From positions 19,576-83,575 of the forward strand of contig PDIP01000079.1 in NCBI GenBank assembly GCA_002811645.1: a stretch of DNA of 64,000 nucleotides, written 5' to 3'. Source of the DNA: Corallochytrium limacisporum Hawaii. Lineage: Eukaryota; Protista; Pluriformea. The notes under the pieces are model-generated. The model worked only from the letters and a program-made list of their open reading frames with translations. It made no database searches and was not told the DNA's origin. This document shows positions 33,118 to 43,159 of this stretch, piece by piece; position 1 is the stretch's first letter, and the number at the start of each line of letters is the position of its first letter. The position numbers and the translations under genes are program-made.

Positions 33118-33689
33118 ATAGGACTTTGGAAGAGGTCCATGGGAGGGCTACAGTCACTGCTGATGCCATCAGGAGACTCATCATCTCCATCTTTGGGAGA
33201 ACGATCAAATGTCAGCTGCCGTCGAGTAGGGTCATTCTTGTCCAACGGTACGAGGATGCGGCGACCGCGTCGAGTGGCGGCTCTAGGTGCTACCTGTGTC
33301 GGAACCTTGCCGTCGCTGCCCGATATGTTTTTCTTTTTGCACTGACGGTACACTGTCTTTGCATCGGGGGATATTGGAGTGGCACACGGAACATAGCGGT
33401 GACTGGATTGCGAACCCGACGGTGGGTCACCCATCCGCCGCTCTTGGTCACGAATGTCAAACGCAGTCTGCAGCGATCGACTGGCCTCAATAAGCATCCT
33501 CCGATTTTCTGATAACTCGTCAGGGCTAGGTACCTGATTGTTCCTCAATCGACGAGAATGAGATGATTCTGCAGGTGTATGTGGCACTTCCATGCTCTGC
33601 AGTGGAGAATGCCGCGAGTCCAGTGTGCTGATCATCGTTGCAAGATCGGCATCCATAGTCGATTCACACACAATGTCCGATGGGTACAT
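33114..33689 (-). CDS. Small disordered protein with CDK sites, D-box and cyclin-binding RxL motif
   Basis: 191 aa ORF; many SP/TP, RRILVPLDKN, RRQLTF; its stop overlaps the neighbour's stop. Confidence 0.65.
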   Translation of the reverse strand: MYPSDIVCESTMDADLATMISTLDSRHSPLQSMEVPHTPAESSHSRRLRNNQVPSPDELSENRRMLIEASRSLQTAFDIRDQERRMGDPPSGSQSSHRYVPCATPISPDAKTVYRQCKKKNISGSDGKVPTQVAPRAATRRGRRILVPLDKNDPTRRQLTFDRSPKDGDDESPDGISSDCSPPMDLFQSPI

Positions 33690-34041
33690 TCAGTTCTGCC
33701 ACCTCTGGAATCTGTGTGGAGAGCAATACAAGGTGCTGTGGACAACGTGCTCCGTCGCCACGACTGCGCCAGTCACAAGTACCTATTTGGTAGGCGCTGA
33801 AATCCAATCAGCAGGTGCTGAACAAAACGATCGAGTCCGAGACCCGCGTTTCCCCCCACCGGATGGGGGGAAGGGTGACAGCCGGCTTTTGAGACTTCTT
33901 TTCCAACCCCGGTTGTTGAGACTCGTAGCGATTACCTGTATATACATCGATAACGTATTCATGTAAGGTAGGGTTAAAACATTCAATATGAAAAGTAGTC
34001 AACAATAGTATACGTATAAAAATGACCTGTATCACTACTCC

Positions 34042-34053
34042 TTTCGCGCGAAA
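34042..34053. promoter_or_regulatory. Palindromic double E2F-like site TTTCGCGCGAAA
   Basis: Perfect 12-bp palindrome with TTTCGCGC on both strands, in a divergent promoter. Confidence 0.5.
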
Positions 34054-34438
34054 AAAGGGACCCCAGTGACGCCCCAGCAGGGAGACAGGGCTGCCCGAGC
34101 CGGGACTCCGCCGGAGGGGGCGACCAGGGCTTGCGCTCAGCACTGCTACCCGTATTGAGGCTTGCGGGCGATACCAAGGGGTATAAGAGCGGTGTCGAAA
34201 AGTTCCCAATATGGCCTGGTGCTCGTTTCCTTATTTCAAAGACTCACCAACAAGACTTTCAGGGTGTCTACACTGTAGGAAAAGTGTAGAAGGAATCACG
34301 TCAACGTGGGCGATAACATGCGGTTTGTTGTCGGCGACAGGACAAATCGAGTGACGTAAAATTGTGCGCAGTAGTTCAAAACCATGTGACCCCTGATCAA
34401 AGTTTGGGACTTGACCAAGTGGACCTCAAGTGACCGAG

Positions 34439-37400
34439 ATGAGGCGAAGACATTCGTTCCTGTGGTCGATCACAGGACTGACCGTGGTCCTACTCCTCTT
34501 GGGACATGCATGGGCAGCTGAGACTTCCGACCCGGAAGTAGATAGTGTGGACTCCGGTGTACAGTCTGCGGAAAATAAGGTAGATCCCGAACATGATGTC
34601 TATTTTTCTGTGCAAGGCTATACACAGGCTGAAGGATGCAGAAACGGTTATCAAAACCTCGAGATCGGTTTGTTTCAAGGGGATGATCTATACAGAATTG
34701 CCACAACTGATGGGGTAGGCCGCTATGAATTTATTGATGTACCACCGGGTGAGTATGCGATCCGTACTCTTCATGAAAAGGATATGACCAAAACTTTGGT
34801 TCCAGACGAAGAAGAAAAGGATGTCAAAGAATTTGAGCAGCCAGATCAGCCGAGTGACATGGATGGCAGACAGAAAAGTATCCGTCCCAGTTGGGCCATC
34901 CCCGTAAAAGTTGTTGACCGCAGTGTGAAGATAGGACAAACTCTAACCGTCGTGGGTCCGACCGTCATGGGCCAGGTTGTTTTCAAGGATCAACTTTCGG
35001 AAGGCACTGCTCAGGATTCTGAAACACTGTTGGAGTTGGATTTATTTCGACGCATGGAAGGCGAAAGTCTCCTATTAGAACGCAGTTCCCTCATTCGCCG
35101 GTCCGGCGATACATATTACTACGAGGAGGTGCCTTGTGGCCAGTACATATTTTCATTGCGCGATCCCCAGAAACTAGTGGATGTCAATCTTCAGCAGGGT
35201 AAGAGAATGCGATTGTCCCCTGTGCTGCAAAAGCAACACAATATCGTCGCTGAGGTGTCGGAAGCGTATTTTGTTGCTAACTTTCGGACAATTGATGGAA
35301 AGCCGCTTTCGGGCGTTCGAGGTTTCTTTGATGGTGAGAAGCTGGCCAAAAGTTCATCGTCCGGTAATCTCAGCGTCTGGACGCGGAGCCTCGGATACAA
35401 GCCCATCGTCCAAGACGGCATTGACATTCAAGGGCCATCTGCGCCAGGGACTCTGTCGTTTAATCACACGCAGTGTATCTTTCCATCAGAATCTCTGGCA
35501 TCATTGCGACAAATTCGGGTTCAAAATCGTCGACAAGGAAATCAAGACAAAGTATCTCGGACGTACATTTGTGAGCGGGTGAGGCGATGCTTTCAAATTG
35601 AATTGGACGATTTTACGAAAACGGGGAACATAGTTGTCGTAAAGGTGTTTACTCCTGGCCCGGTCAGTGTACCTGTCCCAGAGGAAGCCAAGCGGTATCA
35701 ACTCTCACGAACCACTTACGATGGAGGGGAACTTGTATGTGACTCGTTCCCTTCAGATCATATCATCACAAATTGGGCACTGCCTGGTGGCAAGCAAGTA
35801 TATGTTCCAGGTAAACGGCCACGTTTCACACCAACACGGTCCATGTTTCCTTTTGTCGTTCCCATTCCAATGGCATCTGGCACATATCTCAACAGTGGAC
35901 GGGACGAAGTGCCATCGCAGAAGCCCCTGGCAACTATTTCCTATCAGACACCGTATATTGCGGGCCAGGTGCATCTTTTGCCGAACACTATGCAGCTTTT
36001 CCCGGATCCAAAGGACCTGTGGTCGAGAATTAAAGTGAAGGTGAAAAGCCGGGAGGAGACGGTGACACTTGAGCCCCACGCTGTCCAGGACCAACAGCAT
36101 GAGCCAAGTCACTTGGCTCATGCATTTTCCTATGGACCGCTTACCACCACGACCTACGATGTTGTGGTGGATGCCAACTTTTGGTGTTGGTCAAATGAGC
36201 ACATGTCGCTATCAGTGGGATCTGGTGGTATTGTCAAACCCGTTGTGGTGGGGTCAACGTGGAATAGTTCGTCGAGCGACAATGCTTATGTTGAATTCCA
36301 CCAGATCGGATTCTCTATACAAGTCCAAAGTCCCGGACCCATTGACCTTTCTGTGATCAAAGTGGGCCAGGGTGATGATCCTACTATGGCGGAATATTTT
36401 GTGAGACTCGATCGCAAGGGCCTCCATGTTCTTTGCTTACCGGATCTGGGTCCATATCGTATTCTGCCGGCTGGCGAACGTTTTCACTTTGTGCCAAAAA
36501 GGGATCTGATCGTCCAACCCAGCATTGCCACCCTATTTAACTCAAAATGGGAGGTCCTTGCTGATCTGAAACCCGATGAGTGGACTGCGGAATTTGTAGG
36601 CCATGTTTCCGTACCCGAGGCTACAGTGATACATCTCTTGAACGGAAAGCCAAAGACCGGAGAAGCCATCAAAGGCCTTGTCTCATCTCTGAAGATCTAC
36701 GTCATGTCCAACCTGACATATGAAGTGCACCAGGCAACCGTGCGTCTTCTGTCTGTGGGTTCTATGAGTGTGTATGGCCGAGACGTTGGCGATGATTCCG
36801 ATGGCGACGAGGAGGCAAAGACTGAACTCTTGATCAGCTTCCAAATGTCCCTTCCGTACGTAGGCGAATGGTACGTTGTGCCCAAATGGGACGATCGCGC
36901 CGTGTTTTATCCAGCATGGCACACGATTGTGCCATCGCTTGCCTCACCAGTGGGGCCCTTCCTGGAGCCAATGACTGCCGTAGCAGCACGTCCAGTGTCC
37001 GGTTGCCTGAAACCACGGGCCAGAGGACTGCCGGTTGTCATGCGTTGGACTGACGAGGTTTCCATGATGTCAAAGGAGGATTGTGTGTTTACCGATCGGA
37101 GCGGTTGCTTTACCATGCATCACGCTTTGCCGCTTCACGTCAAGCCAGTCTTGGCCCCACAGGAGCGCAGCTATGAACCGTTGGACATTGACGGAGATGG
37201 TATACCGGAACCGGTTCCAGCATCCATCGAAGAGAATTTGGGGTTGCCGGAAGAGGCAGTGGAAGCGTGGAACGAAGTCAGCGACGATCGTATATTCGTC
37301 ACACTGAAGACAATCACCCAGGGCACAATTCTCATTTCTCTGTTCGATAACCGGGCCCAACCGTTCGAAGATGTGACAATCCTGCTTTCCAGTGCTACGG

Positions 37401-38731
37401 GCTACCCACTGACAAGGGAACGGAGCGATAGTAAAGGGCATGTGCAATTTGACGGGCTCGATGCCGGGTCGTACATCGTGCTGGCAGAAGGTTCCGATCC
37501 AAAGTTCTCTCCTGCCTCCAAGGTCCTCGCGTTGAAGCAAGGTGGCACTGCGTCCACCGTCCTCATTGGCAAGCGTATCAACGTGTCAGTTGGGGGTGTC
37601 CTGCGAGATGCTACTGGCACCCCCGTGGCCGATGCGTCCTTCTCCGTCAGCGACGCCAAGTACTTCCCCAGTACGGGGGGCCTCCTGGACGGGCCAAAAA
37701 TGGATCTATCAACGAGCCACGACAGCTCTACTCCTATCGTCTACAAAACTGTAAGCGGCAGAGATGGTCACTTCGTGCTCAAAGATCTTCAACCTTATCG
37801 CCAGTACGTCGTGTCCGTGAACATGGCTCGCCTTCCGCAGGACATTATCGACATTGCTCCGCGCCAACAGCGCATAACCACTAAGAACCGGAACCAAATG
37901 AACGCCCTCTCCTTCACCGCTCGGTCCCTTGGGGGTAAGTTTGACGTGGTAGGCCACGTCCACTGCTCCCCTCGTCACCGCCACCGAATTTTCGCCGTCC
38001 TGTACGACATATCCGTTAGTAACCAACCGGAGGTACTCCGCGTGCCGCTGAATTACACGTCTGATTTTGAGGTGACTGGCCTTAAGGAAGAGAAGCGGAT
38101 GAGCTATCTTATCAAAGTGGGGCCCCTGGATGAGGACACCGCCGCCTTTCCCTGCGATCCGGTCGAATTGACGTTTCTGACCTTCAACCCTTCGACTGAC
38201 GACGGCGCCGCAAATGTAGAGAGACGACGTATAGATCTCCACCCCAACTCGTGCCGATCCCTGGCGGACAGCATCATGGGCGGCTTCCTCTGGTCTGAGC
38301 TGTCCCTGCTCGCACGCATAGTCCTGGCCGTGATTATGGGTATGATTCTGGGCTCCGCAGTGCGTGGTCTGGTGCGGCTTTCAAAGCGGTTAGTGTCTAT
38401 GGTACCAGAGTCCGCCAGCAGCGGCGGCGGCGCCGGCAGTGGGGACCAAAGTGCAGGGAAGGACCGCGCCATCCTCCGCCGCCAATTGCGCTCATCAGGC
38501 CTCCGTCACCGCCGCTGGGCTTCCGACCACAATCTCCCGGAACTCGGCAACGACAGCACCAACAGCGTGCCCACGGACGAGGTGCCGAACGGCGCCAGTG
38601 AAACTGATATTGCCACGGCCGTTGCCGATAATCCAGCCAATTGGGAGCAATTCGGCGCTGCTTTTGCAGCAGAAGAACTCAGGAACAGCGCTGGTCCGTG
38701 TCTCGAGACCGAGAAGCGCAAGAGTTCTTGA
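34439..38731 (+). CDS. NOMO1: Nodal modulator (NOMO)-like type I ER membrane protein
   Basis: Signal peptide; repeated prealbumin-like domains (TTDGVGRYEFIDVPPGEY); FWCW and FHQIGF motifs; one C-terminal TM; ATG 34439. Confidence 0.78.
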   Translation: MRRRHSFLWSITGLTVVLLLLGHAWAAETSDPEVDSVDSGVQSAENKVDPEHDVYFSVQGYTQAEGCRNGYQNLEIGLFQGDDLYRIATTDGVGRYEFIDVPPGEYAIRTLHEKDMTKTLVPDEEEKDVKEFEQPDQPSDMDGRQKSIRPSWAIPVKVVDRSVKIGQTLTVVGPTVMGQVVFKDQLSEGTAQDSETLLELDLFRRMEGESLLLERSSLIRRSGDTYYYEEVPCGQYIFSLRDPQKLVDVNLQQGKRMRLSPVLQKQHNIVAEVSEAYFVANFRTIDGKPLSGVRGFFDGEKLAKSSSSGNLSVWTRSLGYKPIVQDGIDIQGPSAPGTLSFNHTQCIFPSESLASLRQIRVQNRRQGNQDKVSRTYICERVRRCFQIELDDFTKTGNIVVVKVFTPGPVSVPVPEEAKRYQLSRTTYDGGELVCDSFPSDHIITNWALPGGKQVYVPGKRPRFTPTRSMFPFVVPIPMASGTYLNSGRDEVPSQKPLATISYQTPYIAGQVHLLPNTMQLFPDPKDLWSRIKVKVKSREETVTLEPHAVQDQQHEPSHLAHAFSYGPLTTTTYDVVVDANFWCWSNEHMSLSVGSGGIVKPVVVGSTWNSSSSDNAYVEFHQIGFSIQVQSPGPIDLSVIKVGQGDDPTMAEYFVRLDRKGLHVLCLPDLGPYRILPAGERFHFVPKRDLIVQPSIATLFNSKWEVLADLKPDEWTAEFVGHVSVPEATVIHLLNGKPKTGEAIKGLVSSLKIYVMSNLTYEVHQATVRLLSVGSMSVYGRDVGDDSDGDEEAKTELLISFQMSLPYVGEWYVVPKWDDRAVFYPAWHTIVPSLASPVGPFLEPMTAVAARPVSGCLKPRARGLPVVMRWTDEVSMMSKEDCVFTDRSGCFTMHHALPLHVKPVLAPQERSYEPLDIDGDGIPEPVPASIEENLGLPEEAVEAWNEVSDDRIFVTLKTITQGTILISLFDNRAQPFEDVTILLSSATGYPLTRERSDSKGHVQFDGLDAGSYIVLAEGSDPKFSPASKVLALKQGGTASTVLIGKRINVSVGGVLRDATGTPVADASFSVSDAKYFPSTGGLLDGPKMDLSTSHDSSTPIVYKTVSGRDGHFVLKDLQPYRQYVVSVNMARLPQDIIDIAPRQQRITTKNRNQMNALSFTARSLGGKFDVVGHVHCSPRHRHRIFAVLYDISVSNQPEVLRVPLNYTSDFEVTGLKEEKRMSYLIKVGPLDEDTAAFPCDPVELTFLTFNPSTDDGAANVERRRIDLHPNSCRSLADSIMGGFLWSELSLLARIVLAVIMGMILGSAVRGLVRLSKRLVSMVPESASSGGGAGSGDQSAGKDRAILRRQLRSSGLRHRRWASDHNLPELGNDSTNSVPTDEVPNGASETDIATAVADNPANWEQFGAAFAAEELRNSAGPCLETEKRKSS

Positions 38732-38891
38732 GGACCGAGCGCAATCAGTCCACAGCGTATTTATGTTTGCAACACAGTGGACCCCATTAAGGCTGAAAAG
38801 CGGTTACATGGCATACATTTGGTCTTTACTGAGTATAGTAAAAAGATTATAGTAACAGAGTAGAAATGAGTGTGATGGTGTACCTTTGCTC

Positions 38892-40604
38892 TCAAGCCTC
38901 GGTCTGCTTCTGTCCCGCAGCAACGTTTCCTCCGAGGCTGGTCTTGGCTGTGGCACTAACTGGTGTGCCGTATTCGCGATTCAGGATAGTCAAGGTTTGC
39001 TTGCTGCGCTCAAAGACCGCGTAAGAAATGGCCGCCGCCGGCACGACCTTCATCATGCTCGGCAGCAAACCACGGTAGAATCCACGGAACCCCTCTCGCG
39101 CCCAAATCTGCTTGGCCAATCCAATAGCACCGACCGGGTCCTTCTTTACGGTGCCTGATGCGGCACCGCCGGCCGGCAGAATCGCTTCCGTCTGCAAGCG
39201 TGTCCGCACAACACCGATTGGGAAGGCAGCGACCATGCCACACGTCGCGCTGACCGTTCCGCAGCCCAGCAGCACAAACACGCCCGGTGTCCTACTGGGA
39301 TCTTCCTGGTTCCTCTCAATGTACCCTTTGCGCAGCAACTCATACACGGTCAGATCTATGCCTGCGAACGGAATGATGCCAATACATGAGGCAGTTAGGC
39401 CCCGGTAGAAGGAGCCAATGCCCTCCGTGCGCAGCATCTTGCCCATAGCATCCAGTAGACCGCGGTATGTGCCCTCCGGAGCGACCGCCAGGCGTGCTTT
39501 GAGTACCTCGAGGGGGTAGATCGCCGACGTCGACAACACACCGGCGGCACCACCAGCAGCTAGTCGCTGCAGCGGCGTGATCTTGTCCGCCGGCTGGTCG
39601 CCAATGATCAGTTTCTTGACGCGGTCGTACGCAAGGAACTTAATCGCCGTCTCAGGGGCAATCTTTAACACATTCACACCGTTCCCACGCCACAAAGACC
39701 ACAGGCCCCCGTCTCCGTACAGACGACGCAAGACCCTCAACGGTCCGTCTGGTTTTACTCCGGGGGCCGTCTGTCCACCCTGTACCATCATGACCATACG
39801 AATGCGGTCGATCGGAGCTGTGGTCGTGCGGGACACTGCGCCTGCCACCGCCCCGCTCACCAGATGTGGCACCCAATTTGGAAAGAGCTTTTTCTTTCTG
39901 ATTCGTTGTTGCTTGGCAATGTCCGTCACCCCGACGGTCTCATGCTCCTCGTCTTCATCCTCGTCTTCATCTTCGTCCTCATCGACGTCCTTGAGCAGAT
40001 CATCCGGAAGGCCGCTCTCACCAATGTCAATGGCGGCCCCTCTACCCCAGTATTGAAAAATGTCGGTCAAGTTTGCCTTTGGATACATCGACAGGAACCG
40101 AAAGAACTCCGGGAAGCTCACCAAACCGTCACCATCTGCATCCACGGCCACAGTCAGACGCTTCACCGACTCGGCGTTGACCTTGTAGTCCAACTGTTTG
40201 AGTGCTGCTCGGATCTCCTTCTCATCCAGCTGTCCACTGTGATCCTTGTCAATACGATCGAAGGTCGCCCTCAGCTCCGTGTACCGGTGCTCCATATACG
40301 CTGCAAATTCCTGAATGTCCACGACACCGTCTTTGTTTGTGTCGGTGCGTTTGAAGAAATCCTCGAGTTGGTGTGGGAGGATCGGCAGTCCCAGAAAGCT
40401 CATGGCCTGCACAAGCTCCTGCTTTGACAGCACTCCGTCGCCGTTGACGTCCATGGCCCGGAAGAGATCCTTGGCTGCGACATGGACTTCCTCTGTACAG
40501 CTGCATTCGAAGAGTTTCTCAGTTCTGTCCCGCAGATCTTTCTCAAAGAATGATGCAACCACCCGGGTCGGCTTTTTACTACTGCGCTCCTGTGATGGAG
40601 TCAT
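38892..40604 (-). CDS. Calcium-binding mitochondrial ATP-Mg/Pi carrier (SCaMC/SLC25A23-25-like)
   Basis: Four EF-hands (DVNGDG, DTNKDG, DKDHSG, DADGDG); AVSRTTTAPIDR, LWRGNGVNVLKIAPETAIKF, YPLEVLKARL. Confidence 0.95.
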   Translation of the reverse strand: MTPSQERSSKKPTRVVASFFEKDLRDRTEKLFECSCTEEVHVAAKDLFRAMDVNGDGVLSKQELVQAMSFLGLPILPHQLEDFFKRTDTNKDGVVDIQEFAAYMEHRYTELRATFDRIDKDHSGQLDEKEIRAALKQLDYKVNAESVKRLTVAVDADGDGLVSFPEFFRFLSMYPKANLTDIFQYWGRGAAIDIGESGLPDDLLKDVDEDEDEDEDEDEEHETVGVTDIAKQQRIRKKKLFPNWVPHLVSGAVAGAVSRTTTAPIDRIRMVMMVQGGQTAPGVKPDGPLRVLRRLYGDGGLWSLWRGNGVNVLKIAPETAIKFLAYDRVKKLIIGDQPADKITPLQRLAAGGAAGVLSTSAIYPLEVLKARLAVAPEGTYRGLLDAMGKMLRTEGIGSFYRGLTASCIGIIPFAGIDLTVYELLRKGYIERNQEDPSRTPGVFVLLGCGTVSATCGMVAAFPIGVVRTRLQTEAILPAGGAASGTVKKDPVGAIGLAKQIWAREGFRGFYRGLLPSMMKVVPAAAISYAVFERSKQTLTILNREYGTPVSATAKTSLGGNVAAGQKQTEA

Positions 40605-42101
40605 GGTTTTGTATTATGCTACAGTATTTTGCTGATCTAATTCACCGTCTCTTCGTCAGAGACTTTCTCATGTTCACGCCATCTTTTGTGACGCGTGGTT
40701 CCGGCAAAGCCCTGCGTTGCTCTAATTTCGCTACTTCCTGTGTTTTGATCTTTCTCTACTAACAAGCAAGTAGTTATCGAATTCCTTTAAAACGGCGCCC
40801 CTTCGAACCTTGTACCTTCGAGGGGATCAAACGGCGGGACTACACCTCAAAGACACATTCCGCATGCACCAGAGACACCAAAAAATTTAAACAAAGAAAA
40901 CAAAAGAACCAAAAATAAAAAGAGGTAAGAGAAGGACTTCAAAGAGCACTCTGCTGCGCGACACGAGACGCACCACCGATAATGATCTCCCAAAAGTTTT
41001 CCCCAGAAACAGACAGCCCTTGCAACCCACCCGGCGGTGCGCCGTGGACCCTGGAGGCCGCCTCCCTTTATTTTTTCTCTTTTTTTTTCTGTTTTTTTTT
41101 CTTGGGTCGGAAAACTCGCCAAAATCCGCCTCCAAACCGTCCATACACCCGTCCCAATATCCCCCCCTCCCCCCTTGGCCTCGCTCTTCTCCCCTTTGCC
41201 TGGTGCGCCCCCCCCCCCCGGGGGGAGACCACCTTATCGTGGTCCATATTCCCTCCCTCGCCTCCCCTCAGCAACTAAATTGTGGAACTGTATACTGATT
41301 ATATTGAGTTTGCTAAGCCTGTCATTACAAAAAAAAGAATGGAAGGTGGTTTTCTCAAACGGGCCCTGTGGAAATTGGTGGTGGAGAGCCGGTTGCAATG
41401 TTTACCCAAATGCGCCCGTGAGCTCGCCACTGATACGACATAGGAATTGGTCCACTTGACGTAATGCATAGTAAAACTGATGTAACCAATACTAAATATA
41501 TAGGGAATTCAAAGGTAGATGCGAGATCGGTCTTAATTGTCGTTCGATAGGTTCGTAATTCGTTATTCGGTAGCGGAGGGAAGACCCCGCCCCGCCCCCC
41601 CCCTCCCTCGCGGGTGTGGGTGGTGAGTGACGACAAAAGAAAAAAGTAACGAAGGGAAAATAAAAGGCGAATACCGAAACCATAACAAAAAAAGAAAAGT
41701 TACAAAAAAGAAAAGAAAAAAGAAAGAAAAGTTGGCAGATGGGAGCAAGCGATACACCCGCTCCCTCTTCTCTTTTCCTGTCTTCCATTTCTTCCGTTCT
41801 TTCTGTACCGAGGAATACGTTCTTCTGGCGTGGGTCTTCGGTGTCCGCGCGGCGAGAGGGGCTCGGAAACGGACAGGTGAGTGGTCATCTCCATTTTTGT
41901 GCTCTGCCACTGTATCACTCTTAGTACTAAAGCAATGGCAAAGTTTACACAGACCGACTTCTCCCCTTTCCTTTTTCTCTTTTCTTTTGGGGCTCGGTGT
42001 GCGGGCTCTGGTCTCCCTTTAGCAGCAGACACCCCCCCCCTTCTCAGCTCGGGCCGTGGTCTCTCTCCCCCTCCCCTCCCGCGTGGGGGGGCCGCTTCCC
42101 T

Positions 42102-42155
42102 NNNNNNNNNNNNNNNNNNNNNNNNNNNNNNNNNNNNNNNNNNNNNNNNNNNNNN
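42102..42155. other. Assembly gap flanked by a near-identical ~130-bp direct duplication
   Basis: Sequence at about 41972-42101 is repeated at about 42156-42284. Confidence 0.95.
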
Positions 42156-43056
42156 TTTTTCTCTTTTCTTTTGGGGCTCGGTGTGCGGGCTCTGGTCTCC
42201 CTTTAGCAGCAGACCCCCCCCCCCTTCTCAGCTCGGGCCGTGGTCTCTCTCCCCCTCCCCTCCCGCGGGGGGGGGCCGCTTCCCTTGCCGTGCGAGGCAG
42301 GGAGGGTGCAGTGGCTGGGCTGCTGGCTGGCAGGCTGGCAGGCTGGGATTTTGGCCTCCCCCTGCCCCCCCCCACCCCACTTTCTCCACTTTTCTTTTTT
42401 ATTCCCCCCCCCCCTCTGCGCGTGGAGCAGGAGAGGAGGAAGGTGGGGTGTGGGTCTCATCGCCCTCTCTCACTCCCTTCCGTCCAATACTCACCGAGGC
42501 TCGCCTGTCCCGGCCCGTGCTCCCCCTTTTCTTTCCCTTTGGTTGGCCGCCCACCACCAACTCGGAGCCCCCGTTTCGGGAGAAACTCAAACGCGAAGAA
42601 AAAATATGTGTCGGAGCAAAAGAATAGAAAAAACGCACGGGCTATTCACTATACCTGCCGATACCACTGGAATGTCCAGGGAGAGCGAGGGGGGGAGGAG
42701 GGCGAGATATCCGGGGAGCAGATTAAACACGACTCGTTGTCCGCTCCCCGCCTGGCAAGAGAAAGGGGCAAAAAGGCACTGGTCGGGATAGATATGGACA
42801 TACGACACGAGGGTTTATCAGTACTGGATGAACTACTGTCAATATCTGAGATCCGCAAGGCTGGCGAAAGACTGGGTGTACCGAAAAAGAGCAACGGCGG
42901 GGGCTCAGGGGGGGGCTGAGGTTTTCGAAATAGAAAAGGACAGACAGGGCACACGGGGTCCCCCTGGGGAGCGCCCGGGGGTTCGGTTGGGTACATAACC
43001 CCTAGCCTACATCCAGCTCCAAAGAAAGTGGGGGAGAGGGATGGGGGAAGAGAGAC

Positions 43057-43159
<103 letters not shown>

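Noticed and set aside
41972-42284. Direct repeat of about 130 bp around the N gap
   Set aside because: Copies differ only within homopolymer runs and flank a gap; most likely unmerged contig ends
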